A stretch of 63,720 nt of DNA, counting the filler, from Thraustochytrium aureum (taxonomy: Eukaryota): the NCBI GenBank assembly GCA_012862495.1. It is 4 parts of 3 records of this genome, joined end to end, with 100 filler letters (N's around TTAATTAATTAA, not from the genome) between each part and the next. Parts side by side here need not be neighbours in the genome. Positions count along the whole stretch, not along the records: positions 1 to 27,824 come from BLSG01000402.1; 3 more parts are not named here. One strand, written 5' to 3'. Shown in pieces: positions 9,793 to 19,577 of this stretch (within the stretch, counting starts at the first letter, position 1; the number at the start of each line of letters is the position of its first letter). Position numbers and translations under genes: made by a program. Below the pieces are notes generated by a model. It ran no database searches. It was not told where the DNA came from and saw only the letters and a program-made list of their open reading frames with translations.

Positions 9793-12467
9793 TTACCGTA
9801 AGGGTACGATGCCCTGAATAGCGACGAGCGCCGCTCGGATCTCGCGAAGAGGCAAGATCTCCGCGTCGCGAACGAGGACGTTGAGGCGCTGCTCTCTTGC
9901 CAGCGTGGCAAGCCTGTGCTCTTCGAGTGCCACGCGGGCAGCGCGCGCATCGTCGACTACCTCGGCCGGGAACCCGCATGAAGATGCGAGCAAAATCCCA
10001 TAGTCCGCGACCTCCTCCTCCTCGTCAGCCTTGCTCTCACAAGCTGCATCCGGATCGTGTGTTTCAGCCGGGACGGCCACGTCGGTGTCGCCCATGTTGG
10101 CGCCCCGAATCGACCGGTTGGGTTGGGCTCCCTCGGAACGCAGGGCCTGGCCCTGGGCATCGGACCCCCGTGCACGCCGGATGTGGTGCGACTGCACGAG
10201 CTCCCGGGTGGCCGCGTCCACGCTGGTGCCAAAGTGGTAGACAGGGGCACTTAGGCGCTGCAAGTTGCGAAAGTGCGTCGCAAAGAGCGAGAACGTGCGC
10301 TCCCTGCACATCAGCTGCTCCGCGACGGCCCAAGCCAGCGCAAAGCCCTCGTGTGAGCTGGTCCCCCGCCCAAGCTCGTCGATCAGGACGAGCTGGCCGA
10401 GCCCAGCCGCCGGGTGCGAGCCGAGCAGGTACGCCGTTTCGGTCATCTCGAGGCTGAACGTTGACGCGTTGGCTTCAAGGTTGTCCTCTGTGCCGATCCT
10501 GGTCAGGATCCGCTGCAAGAGCGGCACCGTGGCGCTTTCGGCTGGGACGCGACAGCCCAGCTGTGCCAGGATCGCGATGATTGCTGTTTGCTTGAGCAGC
10601 GTGCTTTTGCCAGCGCAGTTGCAGCCCATTACGAACGCGAGGCGGCCCTCCCCGGGGCCGAGCGAGACGTCGTTCCTGACAAACGCAGCATCGTCGCCCA
10701 GGGCCTTCTCCACAAGAAGATGACGGCCGCCGCGCACCTCGAGGGTGGCCTCGTCGCTTGCGGCCACTACGGTGGCCTGCGCGAGCCCGTCCTGGCTGCT
10801 AAAGCCGGCAAGGCTCTGCAAGACATCCAAGAGAGCGACGGCGTCGGTCGCCTCGAACAGGTGCGCAAGGGCGGCCTTGACCTGGTCGCGGAACTCGGCA
10901 AACTGGGCCTCGGTTCGCTTGAAAGCCTCGCTCGCGGCCTGCTCCTGCTTGAGATTGAGCGCTTCCATCTCCTCGGTGGTGCAGTCCACTTTCGTCTTGT
11001 GCACGGCGCGGCGGATGAAGGCTGCGTCGAGGCCCTCGGCCGACCTACGCGGAACCCGCAAGTGGTATCCCCGCCGCGAGGTGTACGACAGCGTGGCCTC
11101 GAGGGCCGGGAACCGGTCGTTGATTCCGGCTACGTACTGCGCCATCGCCTCGACGGTGTCGTGGTACGTCATGCGAGCGACGTCCAGGACGCCGTCCACG
11201 CCGGGCCGGATGCAAAACAGCGCTTCGACGCGCTGCTCCTCGGCGCTGCGCTGGAACACGGCGTCCTCGACGAGCTTGGCGTTGACTGCTGCCAGCAATT
11301 GGTCGCGGGCTCTGCTCCCCGCGGCCAGGGCGGATGCCATCTCTGTTGCGAGCTGACTTGTGAGGTTTTGCAAGGCTTCGCTTACCGCGGGGAGGAGAGT
11401 GAGGACCTCGCGGAGCCGAATCGTGTTGTCCGCCTCTCGCTTCAACGTGACCATGGTGTACGACTTGGGGCGCACAGAGTAGTGCGTCGTCAGCAAGTCG
11501 AGGTCGTGCATCCGGGCGAGGATGTTGCGCAGCTGGTCGTGCGCGCCTGTGTCCTCCGCGAGTTCTTCCACGAGGTCTTGGCGCTTTTGGATTGTGGCAA
11601 GGTCGCAGGATGGGCTCGAGAGCTCGGCGCGGAGTTGCCGGTGCCCTGGCTTGGTAACTGTGTCGTCGAGGTAGTCGAGGACGCAGCCGTCTTTTACCTT
11701 TGTGCCACCGAGGACTGCCCGGCGGTTGGCCAATAGCTCCAAATTGCGGACCGTCACTGAAAAGCGCGCGTCAGCGCAACGAGCGAGCCAGCGTGCTGGC
11801 GCTGCTCTTACGTACCTGCATCCATGACAAGCCGTCGCCCGGCTGAGTCGTCAAGGCGCACCAGCAGCGACCCGCGGCTAAAGGTGGCCTCCTCGGTTTG
11901 CTCGACATGTTTCAGGAGAGCGGCAGCGGCAGCGCGGGCGAGGTATCTGCGCTCGACGTCTCTGGGCTCCTGCTCGGCAAAAAGCAAAACGAGGCGTCTT
12001 CTGTGTCAGACCGCGCGGCGCAAGCTCAAGCGCACAACAGATTAACGCACCAGGGTTTTCACGGAAAGGGCGTTAAGGCGTTCCATTCCAGCGTCTTCCG
12101 AGAAAAACCGACGTGGTAGTCGAACAACCTCCATTCCGGCATCCTCGAGCACGGCGAGCAGTGGGCTGGCGCTGTGCGAGGCCGGGAACAGGGCAATGCA
12201 GGCTCTTTCTGCGACCAGGACTTCCAAGGTAGACGCGTACTTTCTGTTGTCTGAAACTTGGTTGAGTTTCAGCACAGGTCTCTTGAGGTCCAACGTGGCT
12301 ACGCCAACTTCCCCTGCGCCATGGCGTCAGCACGCCGCGCCAAGGGTCCCGCCACGCAAACCGCCATCCTCCCTCCTCCTTCTCCCGCCGCACAACGTAC
12401 AGCTCTTGTTCCCAATCAGCGCCGCGACAACATAGCCTTGCGCGTCGCCCTCCATCTGCGCCGCCAT
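9793..12467 (-). CDS. MSH4: MutS homolog 4, meiotic; exons 12467-12401, 12313-12051, 11969-11816, 11756-9793
   Basis: Three GT..CTGAC..AG introns splice in phase, giving EVGVATLDLKRPVLKLNQVSDNRKYA and MDAVTVRNLELL (MSH4-type). ATPase motifs GCNCAGKST, STFSLEM, IDELGRGTS and ATHF are present. No mismatch-binding domain I is visible. Confidence 0.85.
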
Positions 12468-12509
12468 CCCTTCCCACGCCCAGGCCCCCACAAAGTGCGC
12501 GTCCTCCTC

Positions 12510-12760
12510 CCTCTGCTGCTGCTCTTGTGCGCTGGGGGTCTGCTGCTCTTGCTGCTCCTGTGCGTTTGGGGTCTTCTGCTGCTGCTGCTGCTCCTGCTGC
12601 TCCTGCTGCTGCTGCTCCTGCTGCTCCTGTTGCTCCTGTACGTTGGGGGTCTGCTGCTCTTGCTGCTCGTGTGCGTTTGGGGTCTTCTGCTGCTCCTGCT
12701 GCTCCTGTGCGTTGGGGGTCTGCTGCTCTTGCTGCTCCTGCGCGTTGGGGGTCTGCTCTT
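12510..12760 (-). repeat. CAG/GAG-rich tandem repeat, in frame with MSH4 exon 1 (QEQQEQQTPNA units)
   Basis: About 33-bp units ACCCCCAACGCACAGGAGCAGCAAGAGCAGCAG on the minus strand. Confidence 0.85.
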
Positions 12761-13133
12761 CGGCTGGCGGTTCTTCTACTGCGGTTCTTCTCTCCGGAAC
12801 GCATATTCATGAAGATAATACGTATTACATTCACAGGAATTAATTTTCATTGAGTTCGGAAGAAGGATTAAATTGCCGCTGATAGGACATGACAGTCGAC
12901 ATGGGCAGACCCACAACTCGAGGATACTCGCGCTCGCTTGCGTGCGAGGAGGAGGAGGAGGAGGAGGAGGGGAAGAGGAGCGGAGCTGACGAGGAGCGGC
13001 GGGCTGGACGGCCTGGTGCGTGCGTGGCGCAGCTTTGGGGGCCAAGTGCGGGTCTCTGCGCGCGAGGCTGTCGTGCACCGGCGGGGCTGGCAAGTTCGTG
13101 ACGCGCGAGGGGCGGACCGGCGGATCTGGCGCG

Positions 13134-13937
13134 ATGGCGTCGCAGTTTGTGAGCGATACGTTTGACGTGAGCGGACGATGCGTGCTGATTACCGGCGCCA
13201 GCTCCGGGTTTGGCGAGCACTTTGCGCGCATGTACGCCAAAGCTGGCGTCCGCGCGCTCGCGTTGCTGGCGAGGCGCACGGAAAAGCTCGAGGCCCTGGC
13301 CGCCGAGCTGCGCGCGATTTCCCCCGGGATCAAGGTCGCCGCTGTGCGGTGTGACGTGAGCCAGCTGGACCAGATCGCGAGCGCGTTCGACCAAGCCGAA
13401 AAGGCCACCGAGGTGACCTGCTTTGACGTGATAGTTAACAACGCCGGCGTCGGCCCCGTTGTCCAGTTCCTGAAGGAGACGGAGGCCACGTACGACCAGA
13501 CCATGACTGTCAACGTCAAGGCGGCTTTCTTTGTCGCCCAAGAGGCCGCCAAGCGCATGGTGGAGCGCAAGGTAACGGACGGGAGCGTGATCAACATCTC
13601 AAGCATCTTCGGGCTTCGGGTCGGGTACGGGCATGCCGTGTACGCGATGAGCAAGGCGGCCCTGACGCAGATGACCAAAGCGATGTCCTTGGAGGTGCTT
13701 CAGCACGGCATTCGCGTGAACAGCGTCAACCCAGGCTTCTTCCGCACCGAGCTCACGGCTGACTTTTACGACACGCCCAAGGGCGACGCGTACCTGAAGA
13801 AGCACGTTCCGATGCAGCGATTGGGCAAGTTGGACGAACTGGACGGCGTCATGCTGCTGCTCAGTAGCGGTGCCTCGAGCTTCATGCACGGCTCTGTGAT
13901 CACGGTCGACGGCGCGCACGCCATTAGCTCGTTGTAG
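13134..13937 (+). CDS. Classical short-chain dehydrogenase/reductase
   Basis: TGASSGFG, VNNAG, catalytic YAMSK, IRVNSVNPG, VDGA. Confidence 0.93.
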   Translation: MASQFVSDTFDVSGRCVLITGASSGFGEHFARMYAKAGVRALALLARRTEKLEALAAELRAISPGIKVAAVRCDVSQLDQIASAFDQAEKATEVTCFDVIVNNAGVGPVVQFLKETEATYDQTMTVNVKAAFFVAQEAAKRMVERKVTDGSVINISSIFGLRVGYGHAVYAMSKAALTQMTKAMSLEVLQHGIRVNSVNPGFFRTELTADFYDTPKGDAYLKKHVPMQRLGKLDELDGVMLLLSSGASSFMHGSVITVDGAHAISSL

Positions 13938-14074
13938 GAGGCCCGGTAAAGGGAAGACTCGTTTTCAGATTCGCCCACGTTGTCGTCCCGCCGGTGCGCG
14001 CCGCGCGTTGTCCGAGCGAGATCCGCGCAAGAGGCAAGGGCAAACGGAATCAGGTAAAACTGGCAAAGCACTTA

Positions 14075-14723
14075 TTAGCGGCCGCCCCGCGGAAGCTGGA
14101 CATTGGGGATGGACGCGCCGAGGCTGGTGAGCATGTCCATCGTGTCCTGGTCGACCTCGATGGTCTCCAGGTCGATAGCGGAAACCTCGGGCACGTAGTC
14201 CATCCGCCTCTCGCGCTCCTCCTCCTGGAGCTTGAGGCTGATGCCGCGCACGGGGCCACGCTGGATGCGCTTCATCAGCTTGGTAAGGTAGCCAGCCTGC
14301 GAGACAGCCCGACAGCACAAGATTGTCAGCGTTTTGCCACTGTGATAGGGCGGGGCGCATCCAAAGCAATACCCCAAGCAACCGGCCGCCAGCGCGAGAC
14401 ACGGCGCGAGACACGGCGCGAGACAAGGCGCGAGAGATCGACGCGAGCCCACTGCCGGCGCACCCCAAACCAGTCGACGCGAGCCAGTCGACCCGAACAA
14501 GCCTTGCAATCCAGGCGATCCAGGCGACCCCACCGCACCGCGCCCACCAGGACAGCGCCCGCCACCCACTTACAATCTTGTTGCGCATGCGCTTGCTGGG
14601 CAGAACAGCGACCTCCTCGGTGAGGCGCTTGTTGCTCTGGAAGTCGAGCGTCAGGCGGCCATAGTACTTCTCCACGATGAGCTTGGCGCTCTTCTTCACG
14701 GTCTTCGTGCGCACGCGGCCCAT
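14075..14723 (-). CDS. RPS17: 40S ribosomal protein S17 (eS17); intron 14297-14573
   Basis: [11 protein letters not shown]...[35 protein letters not shown], with a GTAAGT donor and CAG acceptor in phase 0. Confidence 0.97.
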
Positions 14724-15215
14724 CCTGCCTACCTGCCTGCCTGCCTCTGCGAGCGACTGCTGTGCTTGCTCCTGTGTCCTGCTGCTGCTGCTGCTGCCTG
14801 CTGCTGCTGCTCTGCCGCGACCCTGCCCGCCTCTCCTTGCCCTCCCACACTCTCTGTCCGCCCAATCGCTTCCATGACCAACCAACATGGCCCACAGGAG
14901 TTAACATCCGCGGGCGAGCCCTACCCTACTCTGCCTATTCAAGAGTCTCGCACTGGTTTTCAATATTAAGATACGACTCTGGCCTGGTGCGAGAANNNNN
15001 NNNNNNNNNNNNNNNNNNNNNNNNNNNNNNNNNNNNNNNNNNNNNNNNNNNNNNNNNNNNNNNNNNNNNNNNNNNNNNNNNNNNNNNNNNNNNNNNNNNN
15101 NNNNNNNNNNNNNNNNNNNNNNNNNNNNNNNNNNNNNNNNNNNNNNNNNNNNNNNNNNNNNNNNNNNNNNNNNNNNNNNNNNNNNNNNNNNNNNNNNNNN
15201 NNNNNNNNNNNNNNN

Positions 15216-15340
15216 NCCCTCGCGGTCGGTCCCCTGCGCGGTCGGTCCCCTGCGCGGTCGGTCCGTGCGCGGTCCCTGCGCGGTGATGCGGCGCTGACGC
15301 GGCGCTAACGCGGATGCGATTTGCAGATGCGATTTGCGTG
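15216..15340. repeat. Short GC-rich tandem repeats flanking a gap
   Basis: GCGGTCGGTCCCCTGC x3 or more, then GCGGCGCT(G/A)AC x2 and GATGCGATTTGC x2. Confidence 0.7.
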
Positions 15341-15519
15341 AGGGTCGAGCCATGCCGATGCGAGGGCGATGTGTTGGTCGGCGCGGCAAATGCGGTGTCC
15401 CACGCCAGTCGATCGAGTTTGCCAACGCGTTGGCCCGACTCGGCCGGGCGTCGACCGTTGCCAATGAATGAGTTGGCCCAACTCTAGCTGGAGTTCGAGA
15501 GTCGAGCCCAACTTGGTCG

Positions 15520-16674
15520 TCAGTTGCTGGGCGCCGGCGCGAGGGTGGGCGGCGTCGCAGGCGCGGGCTCTGCAAGGCTTGGCGCGGCTGTGCCCAGGCG
15601 CGCCTCGATGCGCGCGAGGCGGTCGTCCAAGTCCTTGGTTGTGGCGGGCTTTAGGGCGAGCGCCTGCTCGAGAGCTTCGCGAGCCTCCTCGTAGCGGTCG
15701 AGCGACTCGAGGGCGTCCGCGCGGCGGCCAAACGCCTTGGGCCAAGTCGGCCGAAGCAGCACACAGGCGTCGGCGTCCGCTAGCGCCTCCTGGGCTCTAC
15801 CCAACTTCAAATGGCACGCGGACCGGTTGCTCAGCAGCGCGGCCGCCACGGCACTGCCCTTGAGCGCGCCGCCAGTCACCGCCTCGCAAGCCGGGCTATC
15901 TACGCCCAGCTTGGCGAGCGCCCGCGTGTACTCGGCAGCCGCGCCGGCAAAGTCGCCCTTGTTGAAGGCCGCGTTCCCAGCGTCTTTCAACCGTGCCGCG
16001 TCCCGCGTTGCCGCTTCCTGCCGCTTCTGCGCCAGCCGGGCCTCCTGCTCCTGCGGGGAGAGCTTTGGAGTGTCTAGCACCTCCTTGAGACGCTGTGCGT
16101 TCGGGCCCGCATTGGCTCGGCTTTTCTCGTTGATCGCTTTCGCTCGCTTGCTCCACGTCTCGTCTCCGAGCTCCTTCATCCCAAAGTCGAGTCGTTTGAA
16201 GCCTTCGTTGTTGTCGAACTGCTTGCCGATGAATACGTCGCCAAAGATTTGCTGCGGGAGTCCGCACGTGTGGCAGATCGCGCTGGCGCGCACGTTGACG
16301 GGGAGCTCCTTGGCCATGCCCTTGTCGTCGACGTACATGTTGACTGCGACCCAGTCGGTTTCGGGCCGGTTCGGGTGGAGCACGACCATGTCAACCGTGG
16401 TGGTCAGCGAGAGCTGGTTGAAGAGGTCGTCCGATATTGCCTGCCCCTTTGCGTGCTGCTTGACCTGTTCCTTGTAAGCCTCCTTCTGCTGCTCGTCCAG
16501 CCCATTCTTGGCAAAGTGCTGCTTGCAGTAGTTGATGAAGCAGCTGAGCGCATCGCCCGCCGCCTGGTGGATCACGAGCTCTTGCACGGGCTGCGTTGCG
16601 TCGGCCGGCACCAACACCGCGCGAAAGTCGCGCTCGGCCTCGTCGATCTCCGTCAGCGACATCTCCTGCGCCAT
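15520..16674 (-). CDS. TPR protein (three STI1-like TPRs) with an uncharacterised N-terminal domain
   Basis: LKDAGNAAFNKGDF...LLSNRSACHLKLG...WPKAFGRRADAL. ATG at 16674. Confidence 0.85.
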   Translation of the reverse strand: MAQEMSLTEIDEAERDFRAVLVPADATQPVQELVIHQAAGDALSCFINYCKQHFAKNGLDEQQKEAYKEQVKQHAKGQAISDDLFNQLSLTTTVDMVVLHPNRPETDWVAVNMYVDDKGMAKELPVNVRASAICHTCGLPQQIFGDVFIGKQFDNNEGFKRLDFGMKELGDETWSKRAKAINEKSRANAGPNAQRLKEVLDTPKLSPQEQEARLAQKRQEAATRDAARLKDAGNAAFNKGDFAGAAAEYTRALAKLGVDSPACEAVTGGALKGSAVAAALLSNRSACHLKLGRAQEALADADACVLLRPTWPKAFGRRADALESLDRYEEAREALEQALALKPATTKDLDDRLARIEARLGTAAPSLAEPAPATPPTLAPAPSN

Positions 16675-17069
16675 TCCCTCTCTCTCCTCTCTCTGCCCGT
16701 GCAGCAAGCAGCAGAGGCAGGCAGCCCTGTGCAGCTCAGCTCAGGCCTGGCCGAACCGCTCTGGTCCTCTCGCTGTGGGGCCCGCGCCAGCGCACCGAAA
16801 CCGATGGGGAATGCACCTCGCAATGCTCGCTCGCTCGTCGGCGTTCTTGACGTCGAGTTGATGCTCTGGAAACCTGCCATTCGTGCTGAGGATAAGGCCA
16901 ATCCCAGTGGCGCAGGCCCAGCAATTCCAGTGGCCTGGCCTGCTTCGCGCCAGAATGTGGGATTCGGTTTGAAATCGATCGTCCTCGGCAGCCGCGGCCG
17001 CTCTCGGCGCTTGCTGCAGGCCCTCGGCAGTCCCGGTGGCCCTCGGCTACCCGTGCACCTGCGGTTGGC

Positions 17070-18998
17070 TTGTCGCTGTCCTTGGAGGGGCAGGACCCGG
17101 CGCGAGCGGACTTGGATACGGTTGGCACGTTGGCAGGTGGGATGTCGGGTCGAGCCAAGCTCCACGCGCTCCCAGCTGGCGACGCGGAGCTGGGCCAGGC
17201 GTGTCTGGCCGTGTCCGAGCACCTTGGCGTCGTGGTGGTGGCAAGGCCCTTTCACCTTGACGTGCTTCACTTGGACGACGCGCTTGACGTGCAGGCTCGC
17301 GCCGGCGGGCCCGGACGTGGCGGGCGCGAGGGCCTCCCCACCGGCGATGTGCGGCTGCCATTTCTCGGGAGCCGCGACCTCGGCGAAGGCGCCGCAATCG
17401 AGGCCGTCGCGTTCATGGGCCCGCCGACCCCCGACTGCGACTTCGACCTCCTGGCGGTTGTCGCAAGCGCCAAACTCTGGGTTTTCGAGCTGCGTGTCGC
17501 CACCTGGCTGGTGGCCGCGACCAGGACCCGAGATCCGGACGCTCGTCTCAGTGGAGCGCCTGGGTCTCCGTTTACAGAGACTTCGCCTCTGCGGTGGCGG
17601 CTACGGAGCGCAGAGAAACTCGTCGAGGAGGCTGCTCGGGGTGCGACGCTCGGAGTCGCGTCCCTTTGCGCGCGGCGCACAGACCTCAAGGGCGTTTTCC
17701 AGGCGTGCGTCCTGACGAAATCTCGTGGTGTCTTTGTTGCGGAATTCACATACCACAACTCTGTCAAGGCCCAGCTCGAGGCGCCCACCCCGAAGCCGGT
17801 TTCTCTGGGCGAGGGACAAATATTCTCTGGAGCCTCGCTAGGCTCTCGCGTCGTGCTCCTCGCAAAGGCCGGCTCGGGGGCCGTGCTCTGCTGGCGCCCA
17901 TCAACGCTACTGTCGAACGGGTCCCAGGCGAAGCTCGTCGCGCCAGTGCTGGTTTCTCCAAGCGCGAACGGGGGCAGCGCCGCAGGTTCACAATCGTCGG
18001 AACTTTTGCCGCTCGCTGGCGTCCAATCTGTGGCTTGGATCCTGCCGAACGAGGTATTCCTGTGTCTTATGCACGACGGCTCGCGGCACGTGTACAAGAC
18101 AACCCCTTCGCATGGCACCAGCGCGATTGTGGTCTCCCTCGAAGCCACGTCTCCGGCACTTACGGCCTCTCCTAGCTCGAATTGGTTCTCGCCGACGACG
18201 GCGCAATTCCAGCGCCGCCAGGGCGAGCGCCAAGCCTGGCTCGTCGCCAGTGTGCTGCCAGCCGCTGCTGACGGATTGCGGGCTTACGCCCTTGCAGCAA
18301 CACTCACTGCTGAGGCTGCTGGAGGGACAACACTGCGATGCTCGTCGCTCAATGACGCCGTCAACGCAGGTTTCGTTCGCTTAGACGGTAAACGAGTTCT
18401 CGGCATTGCAGCCTGCAGCATCCAGCGGCGTGCGCCGCGGTCGTCTGGCCCACTCGCTCCGTTGTCTTCCACTGCGAGCTTTCTCTCTCGGCGGTGCGGT
18501 CTCGGAGACTCGGAAAATGCCGTCGGGCTCGTCGTGCTCACCGAAACCGGTGTCAACCTTGCCTGCATACCACTGCCTCTTGACCTACCTGGTCGCCATG
18601 TTCAAGGCGGGCCTGGCGCTCTTCCCGCCAAGTCCGCTGAGACCCAAGAGGAGAACGCTGGGAACGCGCGACTCAACAGCCGCTCCGCGCAGCATGCCCC
18701 GGGCGTCGCCAAGCAACAAACACGCAAAACTGGGGCGCCTCAGCGCAAGACGGTAGGCGAGGCCCGCCATGACGCCAAGCCGCCGCCACGGCGAACGCAG
18801 CCGAGTTCCGAGCTGGGCGTCGTGGTCGCCGACCTGGGCAAACGCGTGCAGCAGGCCGAGCTGGACCTGATCCACTTGCGAACGGACTTTGTGGCCTTCA
18901 CAACGGAGGTTTCCGAGTCGATGGACGAGCTCCTGCGGCTTGCCAGGAGCCGCGGCCTCGTGCGCGGCTTCCTCGAGGACGGCGGCCAAGCAACGTAG
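17070..18998 (+). CDS. Hypothetical protein with C-terminal coiled coil; start uncertain (first ATG 17142)
   Basis: 642-codon ORF with protein-like composition and no recognised motif. Confidence 0.6.
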   Translation: MSLSLEGQDPARADLDTVGTLAGGMSGRAKLHALPAGDAELGQACLAVSEHLGVVVVARPFHLDVLHLDDALDVQARAGGPGRGGREGLPTGDVRLPFLGSRDLGEGAAIEAVAFMGPPTPDCDFDLLAVVASAKLWVFELRVATWLVAATRTRDPDARLSGAPGSPFTETSPLRWRLRSAEKLVEEAARGATLGVASLCARRTDLKGVFQACVLTKSRGVFVAEFTYHNSVKAQLEAPTPKPVSLGEGQIFSGASLGSRVVLLAKAGSGAVLCWRPSTLLSNGSQAKLVAPVLVSPSANGGSAAGSQSSELLPLAGVQSVAWILPNEVFLCLMHDGSRHVYKTTPSHGTSAIVVSLEATSPALTASPSSNWFSPTTAQFQRRQGERQAWLVASVLPAAADGLRAYALAATLTAEAAGGTTLRCSSLNDAVNAGFVRLDGKRVLGIAACSIQRRAPRSSGPLAPLSSTASFLSRRCGLGDSENAVGLVVLTETGVNLACIPLPLDLPGRHVQGGPGALPAKSAETQEENAGNARLNSRSAQHAPGVAKQQTRKTGAPQRKTVGEARHDAKPPPRRTQPSSELGVVVADLGKRVQQAELDLIHLRTDFVAFTTEVSESMDELLRLARSRGLVRGFLEDGGQAT

Positions 18999-19577
18999 AC
19001 CATCGCTGGCGCCCTTCACTGTGAACCTAGATAGATATCGCTTCCACCTCCACCCCGCTGCGCAGCCCCGTCGACGCGGGCCTCGCTCGCGTTGCGCGCA
19101 CGTTCACAAGGCGCGTTCGTTCACAAGGCGCGTTCGCAAGGCGCTTTTGGAGCTGCCGTCAGCGCGAGCAAGCCTCTTTCAGAAAGCAAAAGAGCCTGTT
19201 CGAGCCGACGACATACCTGGGGGGCGGCGGCCGGCCTTTCGTGCACGGTTCCCAAGCTCTGCCGCCGCGGCCTTGAAGGCATCCATGCGCATCGCCAACG
19301 CGAGGTCAACCAACTCCAACACAATTCCATCGATTCTGCATTCTTACAGAAAAGGAGAAAAAACACGAGGGAAAAAGGTGGGAAAGTGCGCTGCCAACTC
19401 GTTTTGAAAACAAAACCCCCAAGCCAGCCCTGCTCCCTTCGCGAGCACCTGCCCGCGTCCTGGTCGCGGGCGGCTCTCGCGAGCGACGGGCCTGCGCTCG
19501 CTGCCTCGCCCCCCTGCGCCAGCGGCGCGAGCGCGGTGGCGGCCCGCGTCGGTTTCCTCAACTGGCGAAATCGGAAG

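Noticed and set aside
12258..12812. Poly-Leu membrane protein on the + strand
   Set aside because: It is the antisense translation of the CAG/GAG repeat.
14297..14573. Intronic snoRNA in the long RPS17 intron
   Set aside because: No convincing C/D box pair or H/ACA structure was seen, only short GTCTCGCGCC repeats.
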